Source: a virus | Reading direction: 5' to 3' (one strand) | IMG/VR virus record: IMGVR_UViG_3300003310_000098 | Span: 28,717-92,716 of that record | Length of the DNA: 64,000 nucleotides | In this document: positions 55,690 to 64,000 of the stretch, in pieces | Numbering within the stretch: position 1 is the stretch's first letter | How the letters are laid out: each line of letters opens with the position of its first letter | The notes under the pieces: model-generated | Databases searched by the model: none | Seen by the model: the letters and a program-made list of their open reading frames with translations, nothing else | Told to the model about the DNA's origin: nothing | Program-made: the position numbers and the translations under genes

Positions 55690-55730
55690 AATGAGCAAAG
55701 AACCTAACGCCCAGGTTCTTTGCTCATTTT
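55690..55730 (+). terminator. Terminator
   Basis: AATGAGCAAAGAACCT...AGGTTCTTTGCTCATTTT. Confidence 0.75.
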
Positions 55731-55746
55731 GTTTCGCTGAAAGGAG

Positions 55747-56322
55747 TTGATAATGAAATCGCGTCCAACAAGATTTGAAATGATTGCCAACCAGATGATG
55801 AAAGGCACGCATTCTCGTTGTGCAAAGAACGGCAGAGCCAGTACCCAAGAACTAATGAATGTTTTCCAAAAACGTTACCATGATACCATCAAGTACGTTG
55901 AGGAAAATACTCCAAAGTCCGTAAGCGTTGGTGTCTGCGGCGCAATTGGAAAAGCAATCTTATGGTATGGCAAAGACAAGATCGAACCATTTGCTGTAGC
56001 CTTCAATAAGCGTAATTATAATGGTGTTTACGACCCCGTTCATGTGCTTTGGGAATGGTTGATACGAAACAGTAATCGCAAACACTATGCTAAGGAAATC
56101 TATCGAAGGACCATCACAGCCATTCGTGCGTACTTGAGAAATGGCAAACTCGATAGTGGTAAGCTTGTGCTTGCTGATGATGATATCTTTGAATGGGATG
56201 CGGATTATAAGTTTATGATCCAGCCTAAACGAAACCAATGGACCAGATTCAGTGAGAAGTCTAACAAGCGACAAACCGAAGAATCAATGTGGGAAGACAT
56301 TGATTCTTTAAAAACGGACTAG
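55747..56322 (+). CDS. Paralogue of the C-terminal domain of the DGQHR protein
   Basis: GKAILWYG...PF...DP...W...DIFEW shared. Confidence 0.8.
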   Translation: MIMKSRPTRFEMIANQMMKGTHSRCAKNGRASTQELMNVFQKRYHDTIKYVEENTPKSVSVGVCGAIGKAILWYGKDKIEPFAVAFNKRNYNGVYDPVHVLWEWLIRNSNRKHYAKEIYRRTITAIRAYLRNGKLDSGKLVLADDDIFEWDADYKFMIQPKRNQWTRFSEKSNKRQTEESMWEDIDSLKTD

Positions 56323-56332
56323 CAAGTTTTTG

Positions 56333-56370
56333 AATGCCTCACTATAATAACATATAGTGAGGCATTTTTT
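56333..56370 (+). terminator. Hairpin/terminator containing TATAAT
   Basis: AATGCCTCACTATA-ATAACA-TATAGTGAGGCATTTTTT. Confidence 0.7.
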
Positions 56371-57042
56371 ATGGAAGAACTACTCTACGAATTAGCATTT
56401 CAATTATTCAAGGTTGATGACAGCCCTGCCACTGCTGCCCTTCTCAAAAAAGTTAAAAAACTAGACAAGGGCAAGTACGATGAACTCATCAGTGGTCTTG
56501 ATGTTGAGGACTTTATAGGTAAAAAACCTAAGAAGAAAAGACTAAATTCTGGCGTCAAAGGCAAGTCTGGTGAACGTGAAATCGTCAAGCTTCTCAACAC
56601 ACGATTTGCTGATTTACTAGCCAAGAACCCAGATTGGGGTGAATTTCATCGTGTGGTTGGCTCTGGTAATCGCTGGAGCCAAGCCAATCTATCAAACAGA
56701 TCAGAGGAAATGTATAGTGGTGATATTCTCTGTGAAAATCTAAAGTTCGTAATTGAATCCAAAAATGGCTACGATGACGTTGATCTAACCACGATTTTTG
56801 AGGAAGGTAATAGAGAATTAGACGGATTCTTAGATCAAGTTACACATGACAGTAGTAGAACTGGCAAAAAACCATTGCTGATTTGGAAGAAGACAAGGAA
56901 ACCAAGACTTGCTTTCCTGCATTTGGATTGCTATCAAGCTTTATTCCCGACCACAATGCATTACAAAGATTGGACTGTGGTTTTATTCGATAAGCTCCTA
57001 GAACTCCCAGATAACTTTTTCTTTTTCGGCGTTAAAGACTAA
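56371..57042 (+). CDS. Holliday junction resolvase-like PD-(D/E)xK nuclease
   Basis: KGKSGERE, SGDI, IESK, PLLIWK. Confidence 0.8.
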   Translation: MEELLYELAFQLFKVDDSPATAALLKKVKKLDKGKYDELISGLDVEDFIGKKPKKKRLNSGVKGKSGEREIVKLLNTRFADLLAKNPDWGEFHRVVGSGNRWSQANLSNRSEEMYSGDILCENLKFVIESKNGYDDVDLTTIFEEGNRELDGFLDQVTHDSSRTGKKPLLIWKKTRKPRLAFLHLDCYQALFPTTMHYKDWTVVLFDKLLELPDNFFFFGVKD

Positions 57043-57568
57043 ATCGGAACCCAAAACTGTAACGGTCGCAATCTGTGTAAACACAGTGCCAATAAGGTTG
57101 CCCCTTAATTACCTGAAACGCTCTGAAATTCCATCCCTTATCCTCCCATTCTGTGTGGACTCTATTGTTTTTGTAATAGCGAAAGAAACTCTTTTTATCC
57201 TCTTCGGCCCTAGATGCATATACTCTCCAGCCTTCCATGTTGGAATTGGTATGCCAGCCCATGTACCCTTTAGGTGCGTAATGGAACCTGCCTGATATGG
57301 ATATAAATTCGCTACTTGGGAACAATGCTTGTGCCAATATCTTTAACTTAGTTTCGTCTTTAAGATGTTCCATGTAATACATGTGAACGTCTGGAGCAAC
57401 TAGTACATCTTTCTTAGTTTTGATTGTTTCAAGTAAATCTTGTTCAGATATTTTTGGTTCGGATGTTGGCTCACCGACGACCTTTCCAAATGGCTTGTAG
57501 GCTGCTATAACATTATCTAATTCTCTGGACAGGTTGACCAATCTCTGGTTGAGAGGCATTTTAATCAT
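57032..57568 (-). CDS. Cupin / 2OG-Fe(II) oxygenase-like protein
   Basis: GYMGWHTN ... WHCV ... RYSFGF. Confidence 0.65.
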   Translation of the reverse strand: MIKMPLNQRLVNLSRELDNVIAAYKPFGKVVGEPTSEPKISEQDLLETIKTKKDVLVAPDVHMYYMEHLKDETKLKILAQALFPSSEFISISGRFHYAPKGYMGWHTNSNMEGWRVYASRAEEDKKSFFRYYKNNRVHTEWEDKGWNFRAFQVIKGQPYWHCVYTDCDRYSFGFRFSL

Positions 57569-58038
57569 TTAGCTTCCTTCTTTTTAGTATGAAACCATTC
57601 TTCGAGTCTTGCATAACAGCCTGGGTACTCTCTCTTACTTGGGAATACGGCTTTCAATACTTTCTTCATATCATTGTATTGTTCTTTCACGTCTTCAAGG
57701 TTTATGGTTAATGGTCCAAATACTTCTTCGAGTAGTTTCATACTCTTCGCACGTTCTTTTAGTTCTTTCTTGGTAGGTTCTTTCCACTCTTTACCTGTTT
57801 CATGAAGGTATAAATCATCCGTGTATTTATCATAAAGAACTTCTGCCAAACCAAAATCTAATATTCTTAGATCATGGAGTAACCCACAATCGCAGAACTT
57901 GCCTCTTTGTCCGTGATCGTTTACCGCATAGATGGAACAATCCATATGATGAGTAATGTTCTTTTTTAGGTCTATGCAGGTATGAAAGTACCTGCTTCTT
58001 ATTGCTGCTGCACGGTTTATTTGTGACCAAACGCTCAT
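57565..58038 (-). CDS. Hypothetical protein
   Basis: H..DC...CDCGLLHDL. Confidence 0.7.
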   Translation of the reverse strand: MSVWSQINRAAAIRSRYFHTCIDLKKNITHHMDCSIYAVNDHGQRGKFCDCGLLHDLRILDFGLAEVLYDKYTDDLYLHETGKEWKEPTKKELKERAKSMKLLEEVFGPLTINLEDVKEQYNDMKKVLKAVFPSKREYPGCYARLEEWFHTKKKEAK

Positions 58039-58040
58039 GA

Positions 58041-58508
58041 TTATTGTCCTGTTGCTTGCTGTGCCATATTATTCGGTGGCATCGGCATTTGTTCTTGTGG
58101 TCCAGGCGGTTGTTCTTGCCCTGGCGGTGGTTCTTCTGGCTTCTCAGGTTTCTCTTCGTCAGCCGTACCAAGCTTATTGACAGGCTTTTTGAACTTGCCT
58201 GATAACTTCTCCAGTTCTGCTCTTACACTGTTGAAGACTTCTGGCAAGTCTCCTTTTTCGTCTATTGCCTTCATTAAAGCAACACCACATTTCTGCAATA
58301 CTTTTAGATATTTATGTTCGGAACGTGGCCAACTTCCATGCAGAATACTACGAATTCTCCCGACAACTTCTTCACTATTCTTAAGCATCTGCCTGGCACC
58401 CATCTGTTTGCCAGCTTGCAGTAATTCATGAATGCCAGTGAGAATGTCATTTATTTTATCAATCAGGAATTCTCTTTGTTCCGTAAGCAAAAATTCTTTA
58501 AATCTCAT
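58041..58508 (-). CDS. Putative head-internal protein
   Basis: MRFKEFLLTE; P/Q-rich tail. Confidence 0.78.
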   Translation of the reverse strand: MRFKEFLLTEQREFLIDKINDILTGIHELLQAGKQMGARQMLKNSEEVVGRIRSILHGSWPRSEHKYLKVLQKCGVALMKAIDEKGDLPEVFNSVRAELEKLSGKFKKPVNKLGTADEEKPEKPEEPPPGQEQPPGPQEQMPMPPNNMAQQATGQ

Positions 58509-58513
58509 ATTAC

Positions 58514-60142
58514 TTATGTAGTAAAAGGAGTTACAGAATTACCCATACTTGCACGAATTAAACCATCAAATAAAGGCGCAGGCAAAGTCAAACGACTCTT
58601 GAACTCTGGGTGTGCCTGCGTCCCAATAAAGAAAGGGTGTATGCTTCTATTCAATTCCATAATCTCAATTAATTTAGTGTCGGGATTAACTCCAGACACA
58701 TTAAATCCTTTATTAGAGAATGTAGATACATATTCAGAATTCACTTCATAACGATGCCTGTGCCGTTCAGATATAAGCTTTTTCTTATACAAATCGTGTG
58801 CAATTGTGTCTTTCTCAAGTTCACAATCATAGGCACCTAATCTCATAGTGCCCGACTTCTTCTTGATACTTTCCTGGCCTTCAACAAAATGCACTACTGG
58901 ATTCTTGGTGTCCTTGTTGAATTCAATGCTATTTGCATCTTCCAAATTGCACAAATCTCTAGCAATTTCTATAACCGCACACTGAAGACCCAAGCAAATA
59001 CCCAAGAAAGGAATCTTTTTCTCCCTGACATATTTAATTGCACGAATTTTACCTTCAACACCTGAAGAATCGAATCCTCCAGGCACAATTACACCATTGA
59101 TATCCTCAAAATACTTCCAAACACCACGCATGTCTTTGGCCTGCTCAAGTTCTTTTGAGTTAATCCAACGAATCTCAACCTTGACTTCATTAGCAACCGC
59201 AGCATGATATATTGCCTCTTTCAAGGAAAGATAGGCTTCTTGATTATCATATTTACCAACAACCCCGATGTTGACCTTTGGCATGTTAGCGTTTTCTACA
59301 TACTTTTCAACAAGTTCTCTGTACTTGTGAATGCGGCAACCATTCCTCTTCAAATGGAATTTGTCAGCAATTAAGTCATCAATATGCCTGTTATAAAACT
59401 CAATTGGAACTTGATAAATGCTTTCTACGTCTGGTGCATCAAATACTGCTTCACGCGGTACATTTGTTAAATTGGCAATTTTGTCTAATAATTTAGGTGG
59501 TATTTCCCTATCAATTCTGCATAGAAGAATGTCTGGCTGAATGCCATATGCCTGCATTTCCTTCACACTGTTCTGTAAAGGTTTGGACTTGAATTCTTTA
59601 ATTGTTGGTATCCATAAAATGGGGGCAACTAATATAATGAGTACGTCATTCCAATTCTTTTGCTTGAATTGCCTGACAGCCTCAAGGTGTGGGCCGCTTT
59701 CCAAATCACCCACAGTGCCACCAATTTCACAAATTACGATATCAGCATCTTTGCCCAATTGTGTTAAGCGATCCTGAATCTTATTTGTAATGTGTGGGAT
59801 GACTTGAACAGTCTGACCGAGATACTTACCTTCCTCTTCTTCTGTTAATAGTTCTTTGTATAAAGTACCAGACGTGAGGATATTTTTGGATGATACTTCC
59901 ATGCCAATGATACGTTCATAGCTCCCCAAGTCCAGATCGGTTTCAGAGCCATCGTCACATAGAAAACACTCGCCATGTTCTCTTGGGGCCAAAACTCCAG
60001 CGTTTACGTTGAGGTAAGGATCAAATTTAATGGCTTGGACGGCACAACCTCTCTGCTTTAGCAACATGCCAATAGAGGCGGCGGCAATACCTTTACCAGT
60101 TCCTGAAATTACCCCACCAATTACAACTATGTATTTGCACAT
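58514..60142 (-). CDS. pyrG: CTP synthase
   Basis: GGVISGTGKG, DPYLNV, ETDLDLG, GICLGLQ, RHRHRYE, QAHPEFKS. Confidence 0.97.
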   Translation of the reverse strand: MCKYIVVIGGVISGTGKGIAAASIGMLLKQRGCAVQAIKFDPYLNVNAGVLAPREHGECFLCDDGSETDLDLGSYERIIGMEVSSKNILTSGTLYKELLTEEEEGKYLGQTVQVIPHITNKIQDRLTQLGKDADIVICEIGGTVGDLESGPHLEAVRQFKQKNWNDVLIILVAPILWIPTIKEFKSKPLQNSVKEMQAYGIQPDILLCRIDREIPPKLLDKIANLTNVPREAVFDAPDVESIYQVPIEFYNRHIDDLIADKFHLKRNGCRIHKYRELVEKYVENANMPKVNIGVVGKYDNQEAYLSLKEAIYHAAVANEVKVEIRWINSKELEQAKDMRGVWKYFEDINGVIVPGGFDSSGVEGKIRAIKYVREKKIPFLGICLGLQCAVIEIARDLCNLEDANSIEFNKDTKNPVVHFVEGQESIKKKSGTMRLGAYDCELEKDTIAHDLYKKKLISERHRHRYEVNSEYVSTFSNKGFNVSGVNPDTKLIEIMELNRSIHPFFIGTQAHPEFKSRLTLPAPLFDGLIRASMGNSVTPFTT

Positions 60143-60390
60143 TAATAACTCCACTGATTATAGTTGCTAATATTTTCCAATTCATCTATCGCGTAAGATT
60201 TCTTGGCACAAGAAGGACAAAAATCGAGTGTTTTTATGTATTTGGCGAAGCCACCGTCAAGTGTATAACGATTGTAACTTACTTGGACATTAATGTAGCC
60301 AGCCTTGGCCTTATTGTAAATATGTTCCATCATTCCATCAAAACTTTCGGTCTGGCGACCACACACGCAACAAATTGAGTTGTATTTCAT
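60142..60390 (-). CDS. Small Zn-binding protein
   Basis: CCVC, CPSC. Confidence 0.6.
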   Translation of the reverse strand: MKYNSICCVCGRQTESFDGMMEHIYNKAKAGYINVQVSYNRYTLDGGFAKYIKTLDFCPSCAKKSYAIDELENISNYNQWSY

Positions 60391-60466
60391 TCATTAAATG
60401 AGTAATCCATCATGGCAAATGATACAGAAATGGTCTGAAAAAAGCAACGGATGAATAGATAAAGAC

Positions 60467-61222
60467 ATGGATACAACAAAAGGTTTTGGCTGGAGAAACA
60501 GCGTTCCAGACTTTAGAGATTTTCGCTACACCCCACCGATGACATTGGCGGCATCGCCACCATTGGTTGACCTAAGACCAATGTGCCCAGCAATTTACGA
60601 TCAGGGAAGTTTAGGTTCTTGCACGGCTCAAGCCATTGCTGGTTTAGTTGAATGCCTGAAAAAGAAACAAGGCAAGCCAGTCTTCACACCTTCCAGGTTG
60701 TTCATTTATTACAATGAAAGAGTGTTGGAAGGCACAGTTCGAGTAGATGCAGGGGCAACCATCAGAAGTGGGTTCAAGGTTATATCTCAATTAGGCAATC
60801 CTCATGAAAGTCTTTGGTGGTACAATATCAATAAATTTGCTGTAAAACCAAACGCGGGTGTTTATAGGGATGGATTGGATCATCAGATTTTACGCTATAC
60901 CCGTGTAGACAACTCTAAACTAGATGATATGCGTTCTTGCTTAGCTAGTGGCTTCCCAATTGTAGGTGGTTTTGCAGTTTATCAGTCATTTCAAACTTCA
61001 AGAGTTGCGACAACTGGTATTGTTCCAATGCCAATGCGTAATGAAAGAATGCTAGGTGGTCATGCTATCCTGATTGTTGGCTATGATGATAATAAGCAAA
61101 AGTTCATAGTCCGCAATAGTTGGGGACTATGGGGTGATAAAGGCTATTGTTATATGCCATATTCCTACTTGTGCAATAATCAATTAGCAGATGATTTCTG
61201 GACTGGAACTTTTGTAGAATAA
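60467..61222 (+). CDS. Papain-like cysteine protease (C1A)
   Basis: DQGSLGSCT, SRLFIYYNER, GGHA, RNSWG. Confidence 0.93.
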   Translation: MDTTKGFGWRNSVPDFRDFRYTPPMTLAASPPLVDLRPMCPAIYDQGSLGSCTAQAIAGLVECLKKKQGKPVFTPSRLFIYYNERVLEGTVRVDAGATIRSGFKVISQLGNPHESLWWYNINKFAVKPNAGVYRDGLDHQILRYTRVDNSKLDDMRSCLASGFPIVGGFAVYQSFQTSRVATTGIVPMPMRNERMLGGHAILIVGYDDNKQKFIVRNSWGLWGDKGYCYMPYSYLCNNQLADDFWTGTFVE

Positions 61223-61269
61223 TGTCCAAAAATCTCCTTTAGTTACTAATTTAATTAAAGGGGATTTTT

Positions 61270-61848
61270 ATGGAATTAACTAACAAAATGTTTCTAGGGT
61301 CATTGTGCAAAAGAAATCATGACTACAACAACACTGGAAAGAGCATAAGATATATTAGTAATCCAGGCAGTTGTGTAATCTGCAAAACACACCAAAGAGA
61401 AGAGTGGGTGCAAAATAATAACAAAAGATATAAAAGCCTTCAGAAGAAATGGAACAGCAATAATCGCACGCATCATAATAAATGGAAAAAAGAATATAGA
61501 AAAATTCACCCTGATAAAAAACAAACAAACCCATTCAAAAAATACTATAAAGGAGTGCAGGATAGAGCGAACAACAAAAATTTAAAATTCGACATTACTC
61601 CAGAATTTTTAGAACAGTTGTGGAATGGTCAAGATGGAAAGTGCCATTGGCTACACTGTAATTTAATGCTTATTGGCGAGCCATATCATCCACTTAGAGC
61701 AACCATTGATAGACTTGACCCCGATAAAGGTTATGTGCAAGGCAATATAGTATGGGCATCTAGTTTCGCAAATAGAGGTCGAAGTAATACATCAAAAGAA
61801 ACTTTTGCTGAACTGTTACCTGTATTACTGAACTCTAGAATTATGTAG
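61270..61848 (+). CDS. HNH-type homing endonuclease-like protein
   Basis: CKRNH...CVIC N-terminus; QDGKC...TIDRLD..KGY..GNIVW...N. Confidence 0.8.
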   Translation: MELTNKMFLGSLCKRNHDYNNTGKSIRYISNPGSCVICKTHQREEWVQNNNKRYKSLQKKWNSNNRTHHNKWKKEYRKIHPDKKQTNPFKKYYKGVQDRANNKNLKFDITPEFLEQLWNGQDGKCHWLHCNLMLIGEPYHPLRATIDRLDPDKGYVQGNIVWASSFANRGRSNTSKETFAELLPVLLNSRIM

Positions 61849-61858
61849 CATAATTAAG

Positions 61859-62716
61859 TCATTGTAATAAATTCCACACTGTTTCTAAATCTTTAAACCA
61901 AACCCCATTTCCAACATCGCAAATGGGGTTTTGGTGAACATATGCTGAATGATTGGCGCAACAAGGCAACCCATAGACAGACTGTGCTGAGGATACAGAT
62001 GCCGCAAATGCAAAATCATTAACGTTTCCAGTGCGTAAAAAAAGATTTACCGCAAAAATATCTTGGGCATCAAAAACACAACTACTTGTCAAATGAGTGG
62101 ATGATTTAGAGTGAATAAGTCTTGCATACTCTAAATTAGTCCCCCACAAAGATTTGACTTCTAATCTTTTGCTTACTCCTTTTTTTGATACGGTAAAATC
62201 AAAATTATAATAAGGCCCGACATGTTTAGCACAATCCTCAGACATTCTCAGTATAGTAAAGCCATGCTTTTTAAGCAAATTAGATAAACTGTATTCTACT
62301 AAAGAGCTTAAAAGTTTTGCACCAATGCCATATGGGTCTATCTCTAAGAAGTCACCAGAGTTAACAGACTTTATAGATTGTAATAAATGTCCTTTTTTGT
62401 TTGAACCTACATATAGCTCCCCATATGCTTTGGTATTTTCGATTTTTAGAATTCTTCCTTTAAGTAATTCTTGCCAAGGACAATTGGATAAAATAACAAA
62501 GTCTTTAGGAATTATTTTTCCAGTTTTCCCTGGACATAGAAATTCAACATTAGAATCGTTGACATTTACATAAAAATCTACATGAAAGTGTTTTTGGCCT
62601 TTAGTGCGGCAAACACTTTTATTCTCGATGGTTATTGGTAAATATAAAGGACATAAAACACGTCTAATTGCATCATCATCAACCCCATACTTGGCCTTCA
62701 ACAATTCCAATTCCAT
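61859..62716 (-). CDS. Restriction-endonuclease-like PD-(D/E)xK protein
   Basis: VEY...NFDF...LEVKS. Confidence 0.55.
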   Translation of the reverse strand: MELELLKAKYGVDDDAIRRVLCPLYLPITIENKSVCRTKGQKHFHVDFYVNVNDSNVEFLCPGKTGKIIPKDFVILSNCPWQELLKGRILKIENTKAYGELYVGSNKKGHLLQSIKSVNSGDFLEIDPYGIGAKLLSSLVEYSLSNLLKKHGFTILRMSEDCAKHVGPYYNFDFTVSKKGVSKRLEVKSLWGTNLEYARLIHSKSSTHLTSSCVFDAQDIFAVNLFLRTGNVNDFAFAASVSSAQSVYGLPCCANHSAYVHQNPICDVGNGVWFKDLETVWNLLQ

Positions 62717-62742
62717 TATTAGTTCCAATTATAATATTACTT

Positions 62743-64000
62743 TTACACTGCTTTCCTGAATTCCACAGGACATGCTCCCCCCGCACAATCCACATGTGCG
62801 AAGTCCACATCCTCTTCTAGCACCTTCTTGATCTTGTTCAGAGTATCTTCGTATTCAGCCTTAGTAACAGGCTGCTCTGGAAGATATTCATAGCTCGACT
62901 TCTCTTCTTGTGGCATAACAGAACAGCACTTCACGTTAGGTTGATAAGCCTGAATCGTCTTAACGAAATCCTTATAACTGACTTTTTCTGGCAAATACTT
63001 CAACGTGTACGAGATTTGGTTAGCCGTATCTTTCTTCAAAGTCTCACCATTCTCATCAACACCATACAACCAATATTTCTCACCCAACATAATCCATTTA
63101 TACTGTTCCTCTGGGGTTGCCTCACCCGCAGTTACCAACTTGTTGCCCATACCCAATTCACATATAATAGGTGTAGTTGGGAAGCCAACAATCGTTGTGT
63201 TCTGGTACTTCTTAAGCTCTCTAATAGGATAACCAGCCTTCTTGTAAGTCTGAACAAGTGGGTCATTACTACTGAACTGGACCCAACGCATATACCAAAG
63301 CATGGATGGCAAGTGCCAAGCTTCTGTCAAGCCAAATAGCTTAGAATTAGTACCTGCTGGTTTCAGAGTTGTGTCCGTATGAGGCACGGCCATGCCGTAT
63401 TGCTTGGCATAAGCTTCTGCCTCTTCCTGCACCGCTCTCTTAAACCTTGCTAAGGTCATCCAGAAATCCTTGGACTTCTCTTCATCAATCAAATCTCTGA
63501 ACCCTAACTTAAAAAACTTCCAAGCGAATTCATGGATGCCAGTCATGCCCACGCCAATCCTATTGGTGCGCAGAACTTCCTTCTTATAGAGAGCATCCAT
63601 CGTATTAACACGAATCAATGCTCTCACAACTGCTCTAAATGCTTCCTCTGCCTCTTCAATGGAATCTGCGTGAAATGGAACTAAATCACCAATAGTACAA
63701 TATGCACCGTAAAGCGCAATAGTAATCTCACCACAATTATGTGCCCTTATACCATTAGCATCAAATTCGTGAACAGTTTCAACACCACAATCATAAACAT
63801 CTTCATCGCCAATATGCTCAATAGATTCAATTTTGGCAACAAAGTTTTCCTTATAAATACCACGCTCAATAGAATTGATTGCAGCGTTCAATGCTGATGC
63901 TTTGTCAGGTTCACGAAACCCTATTAAGGCTGAAAACTGCAAAAGATTATCTTTACTAATGTGCAATTCGTGAGTTGGCTGACACCAATATAGTTTTTCT
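62743..64000 (-). CDS. nrdJ: Class II (AdoCbl) ribonucleotide reductase, C-terminal part, intein-containing
   Basis: CGEI, RIGVGMTG, TTLKPAGT, YLPEQPVTK.EY, terminal CAGGACP. Confidence 0.9.
   Translation of the reverse strand, partial: EKLYWCQPTHELHISKDNLLQFSALIGFREPDKASALNAAINSIERGIYKENFVAKIESIEHIGDEDVYDCGVETVHEFDANGIRAHNCGEITIALYGAYCTIGDLVPFHADSIEEAEEAFRAVVRALIRVNTMDALYKKEVLRTNRIGVGMTGIHEFAWKFFKLGFRDLIDEEKSKDFWMTLARFKRAVQEEAEAYAKQYGMAVPHTDTTLKPAGTNSKLFGLTEAWHLPSMLWYMRWVQFSSNDPLVQTYKKAGYPIRELKKYQNTTIVGFPTTPIICELGMGNKLVTAGEATPEEQYKWIMLGEKYWLYGVDENGETLKKDTANQISYTLKYLPEKVSYKDFVKTIQAYQPNVKCCSVMPQEEKSSYEYLPEQPVTKAEYEDTLNKIKKVLEEDVDFAHVDCAGGACPVEFRKAV
63736..64000 (-). mobile_element. Intein (C-terminal part, LAGLIDADG type)
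   Basis: F...IGF...K block, VYDCGV...H.F.ANGI.AHN followed by Cys. Confidence 0.9.

Noticed and set aside
1..64000. Genome-wide stop-codon reassignment (TAG or TGA)
   Set aside because: Conserved genes are intact in code 11, ATGA overlaps are common and TAG ends complete proteins such as RNA ligase and UDG; only one in-frame TGA was seen

Overview
Dense, AT-rich fragment of a very large T4-like (jumbo-type) tailed phage genome. It carries homologues of T4 neck/tail genes (gp13, gp14 plus a head-to-head paralogue, gp15, up to four gp19-like tail-tube paralogues, a gp26/gp51-like baseplate-hub pair) and a gp55-like late sigma factor. Nucleotide and repair genes include CTP synthase, a class II ribonucleotide reductase with an intein, Dam methylase, family-4 UDG, a Holliday resolvase, an RNA ligase and Thg1. 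Accessory genes include two RimI-like acetyltransferases, an ADP-ribosylglycohydrolase, RmlC, L-lysine 6-aminotransferase, four glycosyltransferases, a McsA-like protein, patatin, and trypsin- and papain-like proteases. RimI and cytochrome-c sequence style suggests a Planctomycetota host (inference). Most notable: (1) a six-gene cassette of mostly secreted proteins with two CxxCH heme-c proteins, a C1A protease and a repeat protein (28678-34198); (2) about 16 proteins with a T4 capsid-targeting-like N-terminus; (3) an identical 14-aa motif shared by two unrelated virion proteins; (4) a probable -1 frameshift in the baseplate-hub chaperone; (5) a ~118-nt candidate structured RNA bounded by 15-bp inverted repeats. 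No tRNA, rRNA or CRISPR array was recognised. All calls are by motif recognition; no database search was run.
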